The translations under genes and the position numbers were made by a program. From NCBI GenBank assembly GCA_041694815.1, contig JBGFSC010000047.1, positions 1-64,000 on the forward strand: a stretch of DNA of 64,000 nt, given 5' to 3'. Below, one piece after another: positions 27,989 to 37,094 of this stretch (the stretch's first letter is position 1; the number at the start of each line of letters is the position of its first letter). This DNA is from Elusimicrobiota bacterium (GTDB lineage: Bacteria; Elusimicrobiota; Elusimicrobia; UBA1565; JACRDR01). The notes beneath the pieces are model-generated. The model was not told where the DNA came from, made no database searches, and was given only the letters and a program-made list of their open reading frames with translations.

Positions 27989-28776
27989 TGCAACGCGCCG
28001 GCGCCGTCCTGCTGCTCGCGCTTTACGCGCTGCCCGCCACGGCGAAGGAGCGCAAGCCCTTCTTCAGCTTCAAGCCGAAGGCGGAGGCCCAGGCGCGCAA
28101 AGGGGGCCATGACGCCCTCACGCAGCCGGACACCGAGCTCATCGACACCCCGACGGCGGCCGTGCTCGACTACGGGGGCTACTCCAGCCGGACTCGCTTC
28201 TTCTCCCAGGGCGGCCTGCTCGAATGGCTGAGCTTCGGCGTCTTCCAGCGGCTCAATATCGGCGCCTCGCTCAACGTGGACCGGCTCATCGGCACCGGCA
28301 GCCCCACGCAACTGACCCGCCCCGACCTGCAGATCAAATACCGCTTTTTCGACGGCGACCCGATCATCCCGGCGCTAGCCGTCGGCTTCGATGGGCAGGG
28401 CTACCTCTACAATCGCGTCGAGCAGCGATGGAACCATCGCCAGCGCGGCTTCTACCTCGTCGGCTCGCAGGAGATCGGACTGCCCGGCCTCCAGTTGCAC
28501 GGCGGCGCGAACATATCGGATTTCAACAGCAACGCCATCTTCGGCACGGTATCCGCCAGCTACGGCGTCTCCGACAAGGCCCTGCTCATGGCGGAGTGGG
28601 ACAACATCAACAAGATCCTCAACAGCCGCTGCAATCTTGGCTTGCGAATATATATCACGCCGGCTTTCCACTTGGATTTTGCCGTCCGCAGCGTCGGCCA
28701 GGGAGGCGCCTTCACCAACGGCGTCCTCCGCGGCCCGGAGCGCGTCGTCAATCTCAAGTACACCGGCAATTTCTAG
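27988..28776 (+). CDS. Outer-membrane beta-barrel (YjbH-like)
   Basis: Signal peptide; LIDTPTA.VL; P.LAVG; alternating beta-strand pattern; terminal Phe; TAATG coupling. Confidence 0.7.
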   Translation: MQRAGAVLLLALYALPATAKERKPFFSFKPKAEAQARKGGHDALTQPDTELIDTPTAAVLDYGGYSSRTRFFSQGGLLEWLSFGVFQRLNIGASLNVDRLIGTGSPTQLTRPDLQIKYRFFDGDPIIPALAVGFDGQGYLYNRVEQRWNHRQRGFYLVGSQEIGLPGLQLHGGANISDFNSNAIFGTVSASYGVSDKALLMAEWDNINKILNSRCNLGLRIYITPAFHLDFAVRSVGQGGAFTNGVLRGPERVVNLKYTGNF

Positions 28777-28786
28777 GAGGAGAATT

Positions 28787-29860
28787 ATGGCGCATATGAA
28801 AGCAAAGGATCATTTCGTCCGTTTGACCCCCGGCAAGTTGATGGGGCTTCGTCAGATCACCGACTCCAACAACCGCTTCAAGGTCCTCGCCCTGGACCAG
28901 TCGAATTCGTTCAAGAAGGCCCTGCGCGCCATGCATGAGAAGGCCGGCAAGCCAGCGGAGCCCTCCTACGAGGAGATCCGCGACGTGAAGGTCGAGATGG
29001 TCCGCGTTCTCGGCGAATACGCCAGCGCCACCCTGCTCGACGTCAATTTTGGGGCCCGCCAGGCCCTCAACTCCCTGGCCCTGCCCAAATCGGTGGGCCT
29101 GATCGTGCGCTCGGAGGCCTCTAAGGACGCGGGCCTACCCTCCGAATATGAGCCGGGCTGGAGCGTGGAGAAGATTAAGCGCATGGGGGCCGCGGCCGTG
29201 AAGCTGCTCGTTTACCTCGACACCGAGGACGCGGCCAACGTCAAGGCACAGATCGCCTTTGTCGAGAAGGTATCGAAGGCCTGCGCCGAGCAGGATATCC
29301 TGCTCATGACCGAGGAGCTCTCCTTCCCCCGCAAGGGCGAGGAAAAGTCCAGCCCCGCTTACCAAGCGCGCAAGGTCAAGAATATCCTCGAGGCCACCCG
29401 CCTCATCGGCCCGCACACCGACATCCTCAAGCTGGAGTTTCCCGGCAATATCAAGGAGGACCCGGCCTCTAAACTGCAGGAGAACCTCGGCAAGCTCGAC
29501 GAGGCGGCGATCCGCCCATGGGTGCTGCTGTCGGCAGGCGAGAAATTCGACCTGTTCGTCAAGCAGGTGGAGCTGGCGATGAAGGCCGGCTGTTCGGGAT
29601 ACATGGCCGGGCGCGCCATCTTCAACGAATATTTCGAGCAACCGAACGCATCGGCGCGCGGCCAATTCCTCAACGGGACGGGGGTCGAGCGCATGCGCAC
29701 CCTCAACAAGATCATCGACGCCCACGCCCAAAGCTGGCTGGACCGCTACGGGATCAAGCCGGCCGAGCTCGCCGCCGCGGTAGCGTCCGACTGGTATCTC
29801 GATGGACGCTCGCCCGCAGCCTCCCGCCAGCCCGCCGCGGCCGTCCACGGGGATTATTGA
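28787..29860 (+). CDS. Class I aldolase of the LacD (tagatose-bisphosphate aldolase) family
   Basis: LALDQ..S, ASA.LLD, WSVEKIKRMGA.AVKLLVY, DILKLEFP, PWVLLSAG, G.SGY.AGRAI; AGGAGG SD. Confidence 0.88.
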   Translation: MAHMKAKDHFVRLTPGKLMGLRQITDSNNRFKVLALDQSNSFKKALRAMHEKAGKPAEPSYEEIRDVKVEMVRVLGEYASATLLDVNFGARQALNSLALPKSVGLIVRSEASKDAGLPSEYEPGWSVEKIKRMGAAAVKLLVYLDTEDAANVKAQIAFVEKVSKACAEQDILLMTEELSFPRKGEEKSSPAYQARKVKNILEATRLIGPHTDILKLEFPGNIKEDPASKLQENLGKLDEAAIRPWVLLSAGEKFDLFVKQVELAMKAGCSGYMAGRAIFNEYFEQPNASARGQFLNGTGVERMRTLNKIIDAHAQSWLDRYGIKPAELAAAVASDWYLDGRSPAASRQPAAAVHGDY

Positions 29861-29862
29861 CC

Positions 29863-30924
29863 GTGCCAAAGCCCAAGCGCATCGGCATCCTCACCGGCGG
29901 TGGTGATTGCCCGGGGCTCAATCCGGCCATCCGCGGCGTCGTGCTCCAGGCACGGCAATTGGGTTTCGAATGCGTCGGCCTGCTCGACGGCTGGAAAGGG
30001 ATGATTGAGGCGCGCTCGCGCCCCCTCTCGGCCCGCGACGTGGAGGAGATCGTCGGCAAGGGAGGGACGATACTGGGAACCTCCAGGACCAACCCCTACA
30101 AAAAGGACGGCGGCCCGGCCAAGTGCCTCGAGACGCTCCGCAATCTCGACCTCGCGGCCCTGGTGGCGATGGGTGGCGAGGATACCCTCGGGGTGGCGGC
30201 CAAGCTGCACAAGGAGCACCGCTTTCCGGTGATCGGGGTCCCCAAGACGATGGACAATGATCTCTCCGCCACCGATTACACCTTCGGCTTCGACACCTCC
30301 GTGACCATCGCCGTCGACGCGGCTGAGCGCCTGCGCGATACCGGGCGCAGCCACAAGCGCATCATGGTACTCGAGGTCATGGGACGCCACGCCGGGTGGG
30401 TGGCGCTGTTTACCGGCATCGCCGCGGGCGCCGACTACGTATGCCTGCCCGAGCGGCCCGTTGACGTCGAGGACATGACGGCCAAGCTCAAGGCGGCGCA
30501 CGCCAGGAAGGGAGTGGCCCTGGTCGTCGCCAGCGAGGCGATCGAGCTGCCCGGTGACAAGAAGGAGGAAAAGCTCGACGAGTTCGGGCATATGATCCTC
30601 AAGGAGCGCGGCGTGGCGGAGCGCCTGACCTCCCTCATCGGCGAGAAGACGGGCATCGAGACGCGCTCGGCCGTCATCGGCCACATCCAGCGCGGCGGCC
30701 CCCCCACCCTCTTCGACCGCATCCTGGGCACCCGGGTGGGCGTGAAGGCGGCGGAGCTCGTTTCCGCCGGAGATTTCGGCAAGATGGTGGCCCTCCAAGG
30801 CGACTCCGTCGTCGCCGTGCCGCTCGAGAAGGCCACCGGCGAGCTTAAGACCGTGCCTCCCCGGTGGCTGGCCCTGCTCGACGGCCTCACCGCCGCCGAG
30901 GCGCCCATGGGGGCCGGGGTCTAG
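29863..30924 (+). CDS. pfkA: 6-phosphofructokinase, group III (PPi-type signature)
   Basis: GGGDCPGLN, GGTILGTSR, GGEDT, PKTMDND, EVMGR.AGW, GHIQRGG. Confidence 0.93.
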   Translation: MPKPKRIGILTGGGDCPGLNPAIRGVVLQARQLGFECVGLLDGWKGMIEARSRPLSARDVEEIVGKGGTILGTSRTNPYKKDGGPAKCLETLRNLDLAALVAMGGEDTLGVAAKLHKEHRFPVIGVPKTMDNDLSATDYTFGFDTSVTIAVDAAERLRDTGRSHKRIMVLEVMGRHAGWVALFTGIAAGADYVCLPERPVDVEDMTAKLKAAHARKGVALVVASEAIELPGDKKEEKLDEFGHMILKERGVAERLTSLIGEKTGIETRSAVIGHIQRGGPPTLFDRILGTRVGVKAAELVSAGDFGKMVALQGDSVVAVPLEKATGELKTVPPRWLALLDGLTAAEAPMGAGV

Positions 30925-30930
30925 CCGAAC

Positions 30931-31506
30931 GTGGCCGAGAACCAAAAATTCCAGCGCCGCACCATCCTGGTCAAGAAGTCGCTGCAGCTTAAGTACATCG
31001 CGGTGATCTTCGCCAGCGTGGTGGTCGCGGCACTGCTCATCGGAGGGGACATCTACTACACCATGACGCGGCTGCTGCTCTCCGAAAACCCCGCGCTCAA
31101 CTCGATGATCGCGGAGGTCAACCGCGTGATCTTGCTCAAGCTCGCCTTGTACCTGGGCATCATCTTCCTCGTTTCCCTGTTCGTCTCGCACCGCTTCGCC
31201 GGGCCGATCTACCGGTTCGAGAAGTCGGCCCAGTCGGTCGCCGCGGGAGACCTCACGCACCGCGTCAGCCTGCGCACGGGCGACGAACTCCTCGAGCTGC
31301 AGGAGGAGTTCAACGCGATGGTCGCCGGGCTCCAGGGCCAGATACAGAAGGACCGCACCCTCATCGCCCACCTAGGCTCGCGGATCGAGGAGGCGATCAA
31401 GAAGTTGCCCGACGGGGACGCCCTGCCCGCCGCCGTCTTCCTGCGCGAGGAGCTGCGCTCGCTCAAGACGGAGCTGCAACACATCACCAGCAGCTTCAAG
31501 GTTTAA
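30931..31506 (+). CDS. Two-TM HAMP-domain protein
   Basis: Two hydrophobic helices; SHRFAGP.YR..., GDL..RV.LR.GDEL; coiled-coil tail. Confidence 0.8.
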   Translation: MAENQKFQRRTILVKKSLQLKYIAVIFASVVVAALLIGGDIYYTMTRLLLSENPALNSMIAEVNRVILLKLALYLGIIFLVSLFVSHRFAGPIYRFEKSAQSVAAGDLTHRVSLRTGDELLELQEEFNAMVAGLQGQIQKDRTLIAHLGSRIEEAIKKLPDGDALPAAVFLREELRSLKTELQHITSSFKV

Positions 31507-31584
31507 GGGCTTGTGACACAATGCTCCTTGGCTCGCTCCAAAATCGCCTCGGCCAGATCGTCCATATTATTGTGTCACAAGCCC
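31507..31584. mobile_element. 78-bp MITE with 16-bp TIRs and a TAA target-site duplication
   Basis: GGGCTTGTGACACAAT...ATTGTGTCACAAGCCC flanked by TAA at 31504-31506 and 31585-31587. Confidence 0.8.
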
Positions 31585-31586
31585 TA

Positions 31587-32840
31587 ATGGCCGCGGCATT
31601 CGCCCTTTTCTGGATCGCCGCGGCGGCGGCCCAGGGCCCCTCCCCACTGGAGCGCGGCTACACCCTTGAGGAAGCGCAGCGCTTAGCGCAGCTCAACAAC
31701 GCGGCCCTGCTCTCCTCGGAGCAGGACATCGTGGTAGCCCAGCAGCGCGTCCAGGAGGCTCGCTTCCAGTTCCTTCCCGAGCTGGGCCTGCAGGCCAGCG
31801 GCACCCGGTACAATGCCCGCTACCCGTTCGCCCTCGCCCCGGAGTTCCGTTCCATCCTGCTATTCCCCTCGGACATAGATAATATCTATTCGGGCCGCAC
31901 CTACCTGCGCCAGTCGCTCTACGAAGGAGGGCGCGTGGTCAATCTCCTGCGCCTGGCCCAAACGGCTCTCAAGCAGGCCCAGACGCAATACGACACCGTC
32001 AAGCTCGACATCGCCTTCAACACAAAGACGGTCTTCTACCGCCTCGTGCTCGCGCAGGATATGCACGCCGCGTTGACCGAGCGCCTGCGCGACGCCGAGC
32101 GGCTGCTGCAGCAGCCGGGCTTCTCGGATTTCGAGCGCATCGAGGCCGAGGGGATGCTCGCCGAGCTCCGCGTGCGCGAGGCGGCGGCCGGCCGCGCCGT
32201 CGAGGCGGCGCGCCTCGACTTCCGCAGGGGCCTCAACCTCGAGCTCGACACGCCCGTGCGCGTGCTCGGCAGCCTCGAGACCAAGCCCGCCGCCGTGGAC
32301 TTAGACAAGGCCGTCGTCTGGGCCACCGAGCTTCGCCCCGAGCTCCAAGCGGAAACCTACAAGGCCCAGATGGACGCGATCGCCGTCAACCTGGCCATGG
32401 GGCGGCGCAACCCCACCCTGGTGCTGGCCGGGGACTACGAGGTGACGGGGCAGCGCTTCCCCCTGAGGCAGAACAATTGGGACCTGACCCTGGGGCTGCG
32501 CATCCCGTTCTCCTACGACTTCTGGACCCAATTGCGGCAGAAGAAGGCCGAGCAGCGCCAGGGCGAGGTCAAGCGCGCCGAGCTGCACGACCGCGTGCGC
32601 ATGGAGGTGCGCCAGGCCTACGACGATCTCCAATTCTGGCAGAACGAGTGGCCCCTGCGCGAACGCGAGTACAAGCGGATCGCGGGATTGTTTAAGGCCG
32701 CGCGCGGCAAGGGAGGGATGTCCCTGCTGCGGGCGCAGAACGCGGTGCTCGGCGTTCAAGAGCGCTATTTCATCGCCGTCGGCGAGCATCTGCTGGCCCG
32801 CGCCAGGCTCGAGCGCGCCATTGGCCGCCCCCTTCCCTAA
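31587..32840 (+). CDS. TolC-family outer-membrane efflux protein
   Basis: TLEEA...A..NN, LPEL.L.A, Q.LY.GG, RPEL, P.L.L.G.Y, V..EV.QAY; ATG 31587 gives a signal peptide. Confidence 0.85.
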   Translation: MAAAFALFWIAAAAAQGPSPLERGYTLEEAQRLAQLNNAALLSSEQDIVVAQQRVQEARFQFLPELGLQASGTRYNARYPFALAPEFRSILLFPSDIDNIYSGRTYLRQSLYEGGRVVNLLRLAQTALKQAQTQYDTVKLDIAFNTKTVFYRLVLAQDMHAALTERLRDAERLLQQPGFSDFERIEAEGMLAELRVREAAAGRAVEAARLDFRRGLNLELDTPVRVLGSLETKPAAVDLDKAVVWATELRPELQAETYKAQMDAIAVNLAMGRRNPTLVLAGDYEVTGQRFPLRQNNWDLTLGLRIPFSYDFWTQLRQKKAEQRQGEVKRAELHDRVRMEVRQAYDDLQFWQNEWPLREREYKRIAGLFKAARGKGGMSLLRAQNAVLGVQERYFIAVGEHLLARARLERAIGRPLP

Positions 32841-33796
32841 TGGCACCAGGCAGCATTCTTTTATTTTTATTTCTCGCGGGCAACGCGGGCGCCCTGCCCG
32901 AAACCTCGCCGGATGATCTGCTGCGCGAGCACCTTTGGAGCGAACTGACGGCCCTGCCGGCGGGAGAGCGCCCCGTCGTAGGGCTGGCCCTCTCGGCCGG
33001 AGCCTTGCGCGGGCTGGGCCACGTCGGAGTGCTGCGCGTGCTCGAGGACAACGGCTTCCCGATCGACGTCGTCGCGGGAACCTCGATGGGGGCGGTGATC
33101 GGCTCCTTCTACGCGGCTGGAGTGCCGGTCTCCAAGCTCTGGGAAATGCGCCACACCATGCGTTTGGATTTCGGCTCGAACTTCAATTGGGTGCGTCTGG
33201 TCTCGCTGATGCTGCGCGACCGTCTGCTCTCAACGAGGCCCCTGGAACGGCTACTCCGGGAAGAGCTGGGCGACCTCTACTTCCACCAGCTCCAGAAGCC
33301 CTTTGGATGCGTCGCCATGGACTTGAAGACCGGAGAGAAGATCGTCTTCCGACAAGGGCCCTTGGCGCCCGCCGTGCGGGCCAGCGCCAACCTCCCCGGG
33401 GTCTTCGCGCCGGTTGAATACCGCCACCGCTACCTGGTCGACGGGGGCGTGGTCGATTACGTGCCCGCCGACGTCGCGCGCCTGCTGGGAGCCGACTGGG
33501 TCATCGCCAGCGTCACCGAAGGGGACTTCACCTCGTTCGCGCCGACCAACGTGCTCGCGGCCCTCTCGCAGGTCATCGACATCCGGGGCTCGCTGCTCTC
33601 GCGGCAGCAGCGGCGCCTGGCCGACGCCCTGGTGGAACCGGCCGTCGGCGACATCGGCTTCTACGAGGTGGAGCGCGCGGCGGAGGCAATGGATAAGGGC
33701 GTCGTCGCAGCCCACAATAAAGTACGCCCGATACAACAGGATTATATCCTCCACTCGCTGCCGCGTCTTGTCCCGCGATGGAGAGGCAAGCTTTGA
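32840..33796 (+). CDS. Exported patatin-like phospholipase
   Basis: GLALSAGALRG.GHVGV, GTSMG, RAS..PGVF.P, DGG; signal-like N-terminus. Confidence 0.9.
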   Translation: MAPGSILLFLFLAGNAGALPETSPDDLLREHLWSELTALPAGERPVVGLALSAGALRGLGHVGVLRVLEDNGFPIDVVAGTSMGAVIGSFYAAGVPVSKLWEMRHTMRLDFGSNFNWVRLVSLMLRDRLLSTRPLERLLREELGDLYFHQLQKPFGCVAMDLKTGEKIVFRQGPLAPAVRASANLPGVFAPVEYRHRYLVDGGVVDYVPADVARLLGADWVIASVTEGDFTSFAPTNVLAALSQVIDIRGSLLSRQQRRLADALVEPAVGDIGFYEVERAAEAMDKGVVAAHNKVRPIQQDYILHSLPRLVPRWRGKL

Positions 33797-34728
33797 TGCG
33801 GCGCGGGTGGCTGGCGCTGCTGATGCTTCCATGCTGTTGCGGGGCCGCCGCGGCGGCCCCGCAACAAGGCCTGGCCGCGGCCCAGCAATCCTTCGCCGCG
33901 GGGCGCTACGCCGAGGTCGAGCGCCTCCTCGGGGGGCTCGAGCGGCACCGGCTCGGCTCCAAGGACCTGCGCGCGGCCTACGACCTGCTGGGCATGAGCC
34001 AGGAGCGCCTCAACGACCTAGACAAGGCGCTGGGCACCTATCAGCTGGGCGTCGCACTTTTCCCCAAGGACTTGAACCTCCTTACGCATCTGGCCGACCT
34101 CCTCCACCGCGTTGGCCTCGACGACCGGGCGCGCCCGTTTTACGAGCGCGTCTTGAATATCCATCCGAATAACGCGGCGGCCCACCAAGGATTGGCCGAA
34201 ATCGACCGGGCCAGCGGGTTGCTCGAGCCCGCGCAAGCGCACTACGAGAAGGCGCTGGAGGAGCGCGCCGAGAACCCCTCGCTATGGCGCGACCTCAGCG
34301 AGATCCGCGCGCGCCGCGGAGACAACCAAGGAGCCGTCGCGGCCGCCGAGAAATCCCTCGCGCTAGCCTTCAGCGTCGACACCTTGCTCGTCCTGGCCCG
34401 CACCCATTACGCCGCCGGGCGGCGGCCCGAGGCCTATGCCTCCCTCCTGCGCGCGCAAGGGGCGGCGCCGGAGAGGCTCGAGCTCGGGCTGCAGCACGCG
34501 CTCTGGCTGCTCGACTCCAACGACCTTGAGGGAGCCCGCAAGGTCGCCGAGGGCCTGCTCCGCGCCCAGCCCGAGCATCCCCTCGCGCTCTGGATCCGCG
34601 GGAGGGCGGCCTTAGGCGAGGGCGAACTCTCCAAGGCCATAGCCGACTTCGAGAAGGCCGCCGAACAGACGGAGCATCCCTTCGTCGCTGCGGTGGCGCG
34701 CTCGATGATCCGGACGCTCAGGCCGTGA
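33796..34728 (+). CDS. Exported TPR-repeat protein
   Basis: Signal peptide; TPR-like repeats; TGATG coupling. Confidence 0.85.
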   Translation: MRRGWLALLMLPCCCGAAAAAPQQGLAAAQQSFAAGRYAEVERLLGGLERHRLGSKDLRAAYDLLGMSQERLNDLDKALGTYQLGVALFPKDLNLLTHLADLLHRVGLDDRARPFYERVLNIHPNNAAAHQGLAEIDRASGLLEPAQAHYEKALEERAENPSLWRDLSEIRARRGDNQGAVAAAEKSLALAFSVDTLLVLARTHYAAGRRPEAYASLLRAQGAAPERLELGLQHALWLLDSNDLEGARKVAEGLLRAQPEHPLALWIRGRAALGEGELSKAIADFEKAAEQTEHPFVAAVARSMIRTLRP

Positions 34729-35516
34729 GGGCACGCCGCCTGCCTTTCGCGAAGATGTCGGGTGCCGGCAACGACTTTGTCCTGGTGGAGGAATCCAGCC
34801 TGCGCGGGCGCCCGCGCGCGCCCTTGGCGCGGCGGCTCTGCCTGCGCCGAGGCGGCGTGGGCGCCGACGGGCTATTGATCGTCGGCCGGAAGGATTCTTC
34901 CCCGACGGTGGACTACTACAACGCGGACGGCTCGCGGGCCTTCTGCGCCAACGGCGCGCGCTGCGCCGCGTGGTGGGCGCGCCGTCGCGGCTGGGTCGGT
35001 AAGCGCTTCACCCTGCGCTCCTCGCGCGGCGACATCGAGGCCGAGGTTCCCCGTCCCGGTCGCGCGCGCCTGCGCATGCCCGCGGCCCGTAGGGCCCGCT
35101 TCGGCCTGTCTCTGCGCGCCCTCGGCCGCCGCTGGAAGGCGCACTCAATCGATACGGGGGTCCCGCACGCCGTCGTGGAGGTCGAGGGTCTCGACCGCTT
35201 CCCGGTCGCGTCCGTGGGACGCGCCTTGCGCCGCCACCCCGCCTTCGGAAGGGCCGGGGCCAACGTGAATTTCATCTCGCGCCGGGGAAGGCTACTGCTC
35301 ATCCGCACCTACGAGCGCGGCGTCGAAGACGAGACCCTGGCCTGCGGGACGGGCGCGGTGGCCGCCGCCCTATGCGCGCACCGACTCTACGGCCTCTCCT
35401 CTCCCATCCGGGTCCAGGCAGCCGGAGGGGAGCTCGCGGTCCGCTTCGATTCCTTCGAGCGGATCTGGCTGGAAGGCCCCGCCGAGGTCCTATTCGAGGG
35501 GGAGGCGCCGCTATGA
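34725..35516 (+). CDS. dapF: Diaminopimelate epimerase
   Basis: F.KM.GAGNDF, GADG, NADGS...C.NG.RC, G.PH, NVNF, ERGVE.ETLACGTG. Confidence 0.95.
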   Translation: MRARRLPFAKMSGAGNDFVLVEESSLRGRPRAPLARRLCLRRGGVGADGLLIVGRKDSSPTVDYYNADGSRAFCANGARCAAWWARRRGWVGKRFTLRSSRGDIEAEVPRPGRARLRMPAARRARFGLSLRALGRRWKAHSIDTGVPHAVVEVEGLDRFPVASVGRALRRHPAFGRAGANVNFISRRGRLLLIRTYERGVEDETLACGTGAVAAALCAHRLYGLSSPIRVQAAGGELAVRFDSFERIWLEGPAEVLFEGEAPL

Positions 35517-36409
35517 GGCTTCAAGGATCCTTTCCGGCGCTGATCACGCCGTTTAAGAACGGAGCGCTCGACGACCGGGCCCTGCGCCGCCTGGCCCGGT
35601 GGCTGCTGACGCAAGGATCGGCGGGCCTGGTACCCTGCGGCTCCACCGGCGAGGCGGCCACCCTGAGCCCCGACGAGTACAAGCGCGTCGTCTCGCTCTG
35701 CGTCGAGGAGGCGCGGGCCCACGGGCGCCCCGTCATAGCCGGGGTGGGCACCAACGCCACCTCCAAGGCCGCGGAGACCGCCCAGGCGGCCGCGGGGCTG
35801 GGCGCCGACGCCTTGCTCGTGCTCTGCCCCTACTACAACAAGCCGACGCAGGAAGGCTTGTTCCTCCATTTCCGCGAGGTCGCCCGCTCCGTCAAGCTGC
35901 CCATCGTCGTCTACAACATTCCCGGCAGGACGGCCGTCAACCTGCTGCCTAAGACCCTGGCCAAGATCGCGCGGGAGTGCCGCAACGTCGTCGCCGTCAA
36001 GGAGGCCTCGGGCTCGCTCGATCAAGTCTCGGAAATCCTGAGCGTCTGCCCCGACGGCTTCACCGTGCTCTCGGGAGATGATTCCCTGACCCTGCCGATG
36101 ATCTCCATCGGCGCCAAGGGGGTCGTCAGCGTGATCGCCAATATATTGCCGCGCGAGACCTCAAGGCTCTGCGAGGCCGCGCTAGCCGGCCGGCGCGCCG
36201 AGGCCGAACGGCTGCACGCGCGCCTGTTCCCGCTGACCAAATCCCTCTTTATCGAGACGAACCCGATCCCCATCAAGGCCGCGGCCGCCCAGCTGGGGCT
36301 CTGCTTGAACGAATTGCGCCTGCCTCTGACTCCGATGACGCGGCGCAATAAGTCCCTGCTGCTTCGCGAGCTTCGCCGCATCGGCGTCCGGAGGCCCCGG
36401 ATCGCTTAG
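35513..36409 (+). CDS. dapA: 4-hydroxy-tetrahydrodipicolinate synthase
   Basis: ALITPF, GSTGE, PYYNKP.QEG, YNIPGRT, KEASG, SGDD, NPIPIK. Confidence 0.96.
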   Translation: MRLQGSFPALITPFKNGALDDRALRRLARWLLTQGSAGLVPCGSTGEAATLSPDEYKRVVSLCVEEARAHGRPVIAGVGTNATSKAAETAQAAAGLGADALLVLCPYYNKPTQEGLFLHFREVARSVKLPIVVYNIPGRTAVNLLPKTLAKIARECRNVVAVKEASGSLDQVSEILSVCPDGFTVLSGDDSLTLPMISIGAKGVVSVIANILPRETSRLCEAALAGRRAEAERLHARLFPLTKSLFIETNPIPIKAAAAQLGLCLNELRLPLTPMTRRNKSLLLRELRRIGVRRPRIA

Positions 36410-36413
36410 AGCC

Positions 36414-36695
36414 TCACCGATAAAAGCGCCTCTCGCGCCGCCGTTCGGCTTCTTCTAAAAGAAGGTCGGCGACCTCTTCGGAGAGCTCCATGACGTCTAG
36501 CTGCAACTCATAACCCAGGCCTTCGAAAAGTTTATCCCAGGTCGATAAACGACAATCGCACCCGCGCTCGGCACGGTTGACCACCGATGGGTTGACGTCC
36601 GCTTCGTCGGCGAGCTGAAATTGCGAAATTCCCCGTTCTTCACGCATCTGCTTGAGCAGCGCTGCCATGCGGGACACGGCGCTTTCGGAACCCAT
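36414..36695 (-). CDS. XRE-family helix-turn-helix protein
   Basis: LKQMREERGISQ.QLA..A.V..S.V.R.E.G. Confidence 0.8.
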   Translation of the reverse strand: MGSESAVSRMAALLKQMREERGISQFQLADEADVNPSVVNRAERGCDCRLSTWDKLFEGLGYELQLDVMELSEEVADLLLEEAERRRERRFYR

Positions 36696-36775
36696 GCCAT
36701 ATATACGATTAGCTCCAGAAAAAGTTCCGTAATTCGGGCTACTTTGACGCCGGGACGCGGATTAGTCCCATTCTT

Positions 36776-36859
36776 GTTCTTTGCTTTTGAGCAATCGGGA
36801 ACGGAATAGATGCCTTTATTCGCAGTTTTCTTGGCCCATTTTGCTCAAAAGCAAAGAAC
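36776..36859. repeat. 19-bp perfect inverted repeat with a 46-nt spacer
   Basis: GTTCTTTGCTTTTGAGCAA (36776-36794) and TTGCTCAAAAGCAAAGAAC (36841-36859). Confidence 0.85.
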
Positions 36860-36944
36860 GAATACATCAACAATCACCCACCCGTCTTTCCCAGCTACGT
36901 AAATGGTATACTTCGGGCCGCGCGAATTAAAGAATCAAAAGACA

Positions 36945-37034
36945 ATGACAGAAGCCCTGATAAATTTAGCCGTGGGAATAATCTTGATTTTGGGTCTTGC
37001 CAAGTTTTCCGCTAAATTCCGAAAAAACAGATAA
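36945..37034 (+). CDS. 29-aa single-TM peptide MTEALINLAVGIILILGLAKFSAKFRKNR (absent from the ORF track)
   Basis: Hand translation; upstream TGgTATACT at 36904-36912 and a downstream terminator; no clear SD. Confidence 0.55.
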   Translation: MTEALINLAVGIILILGLAKFSAKFRKNR

Positions 37035-37059
37035 TTGACGGAGGGACGTTAAGCTGCCC

Positions 37060-37090
37060 AGGTCCCGGGAAACGGGGCCTCTTATTTTTG
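37060..37090 (+). terminator. Rho-independent terminator-like hairpin
   Basis: AGGTCCCG-ggaaa-CGGGGCCT followed by CTTATTTTT. Confidence 0.65.
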
Positions 37091-37094
37091 GCTC

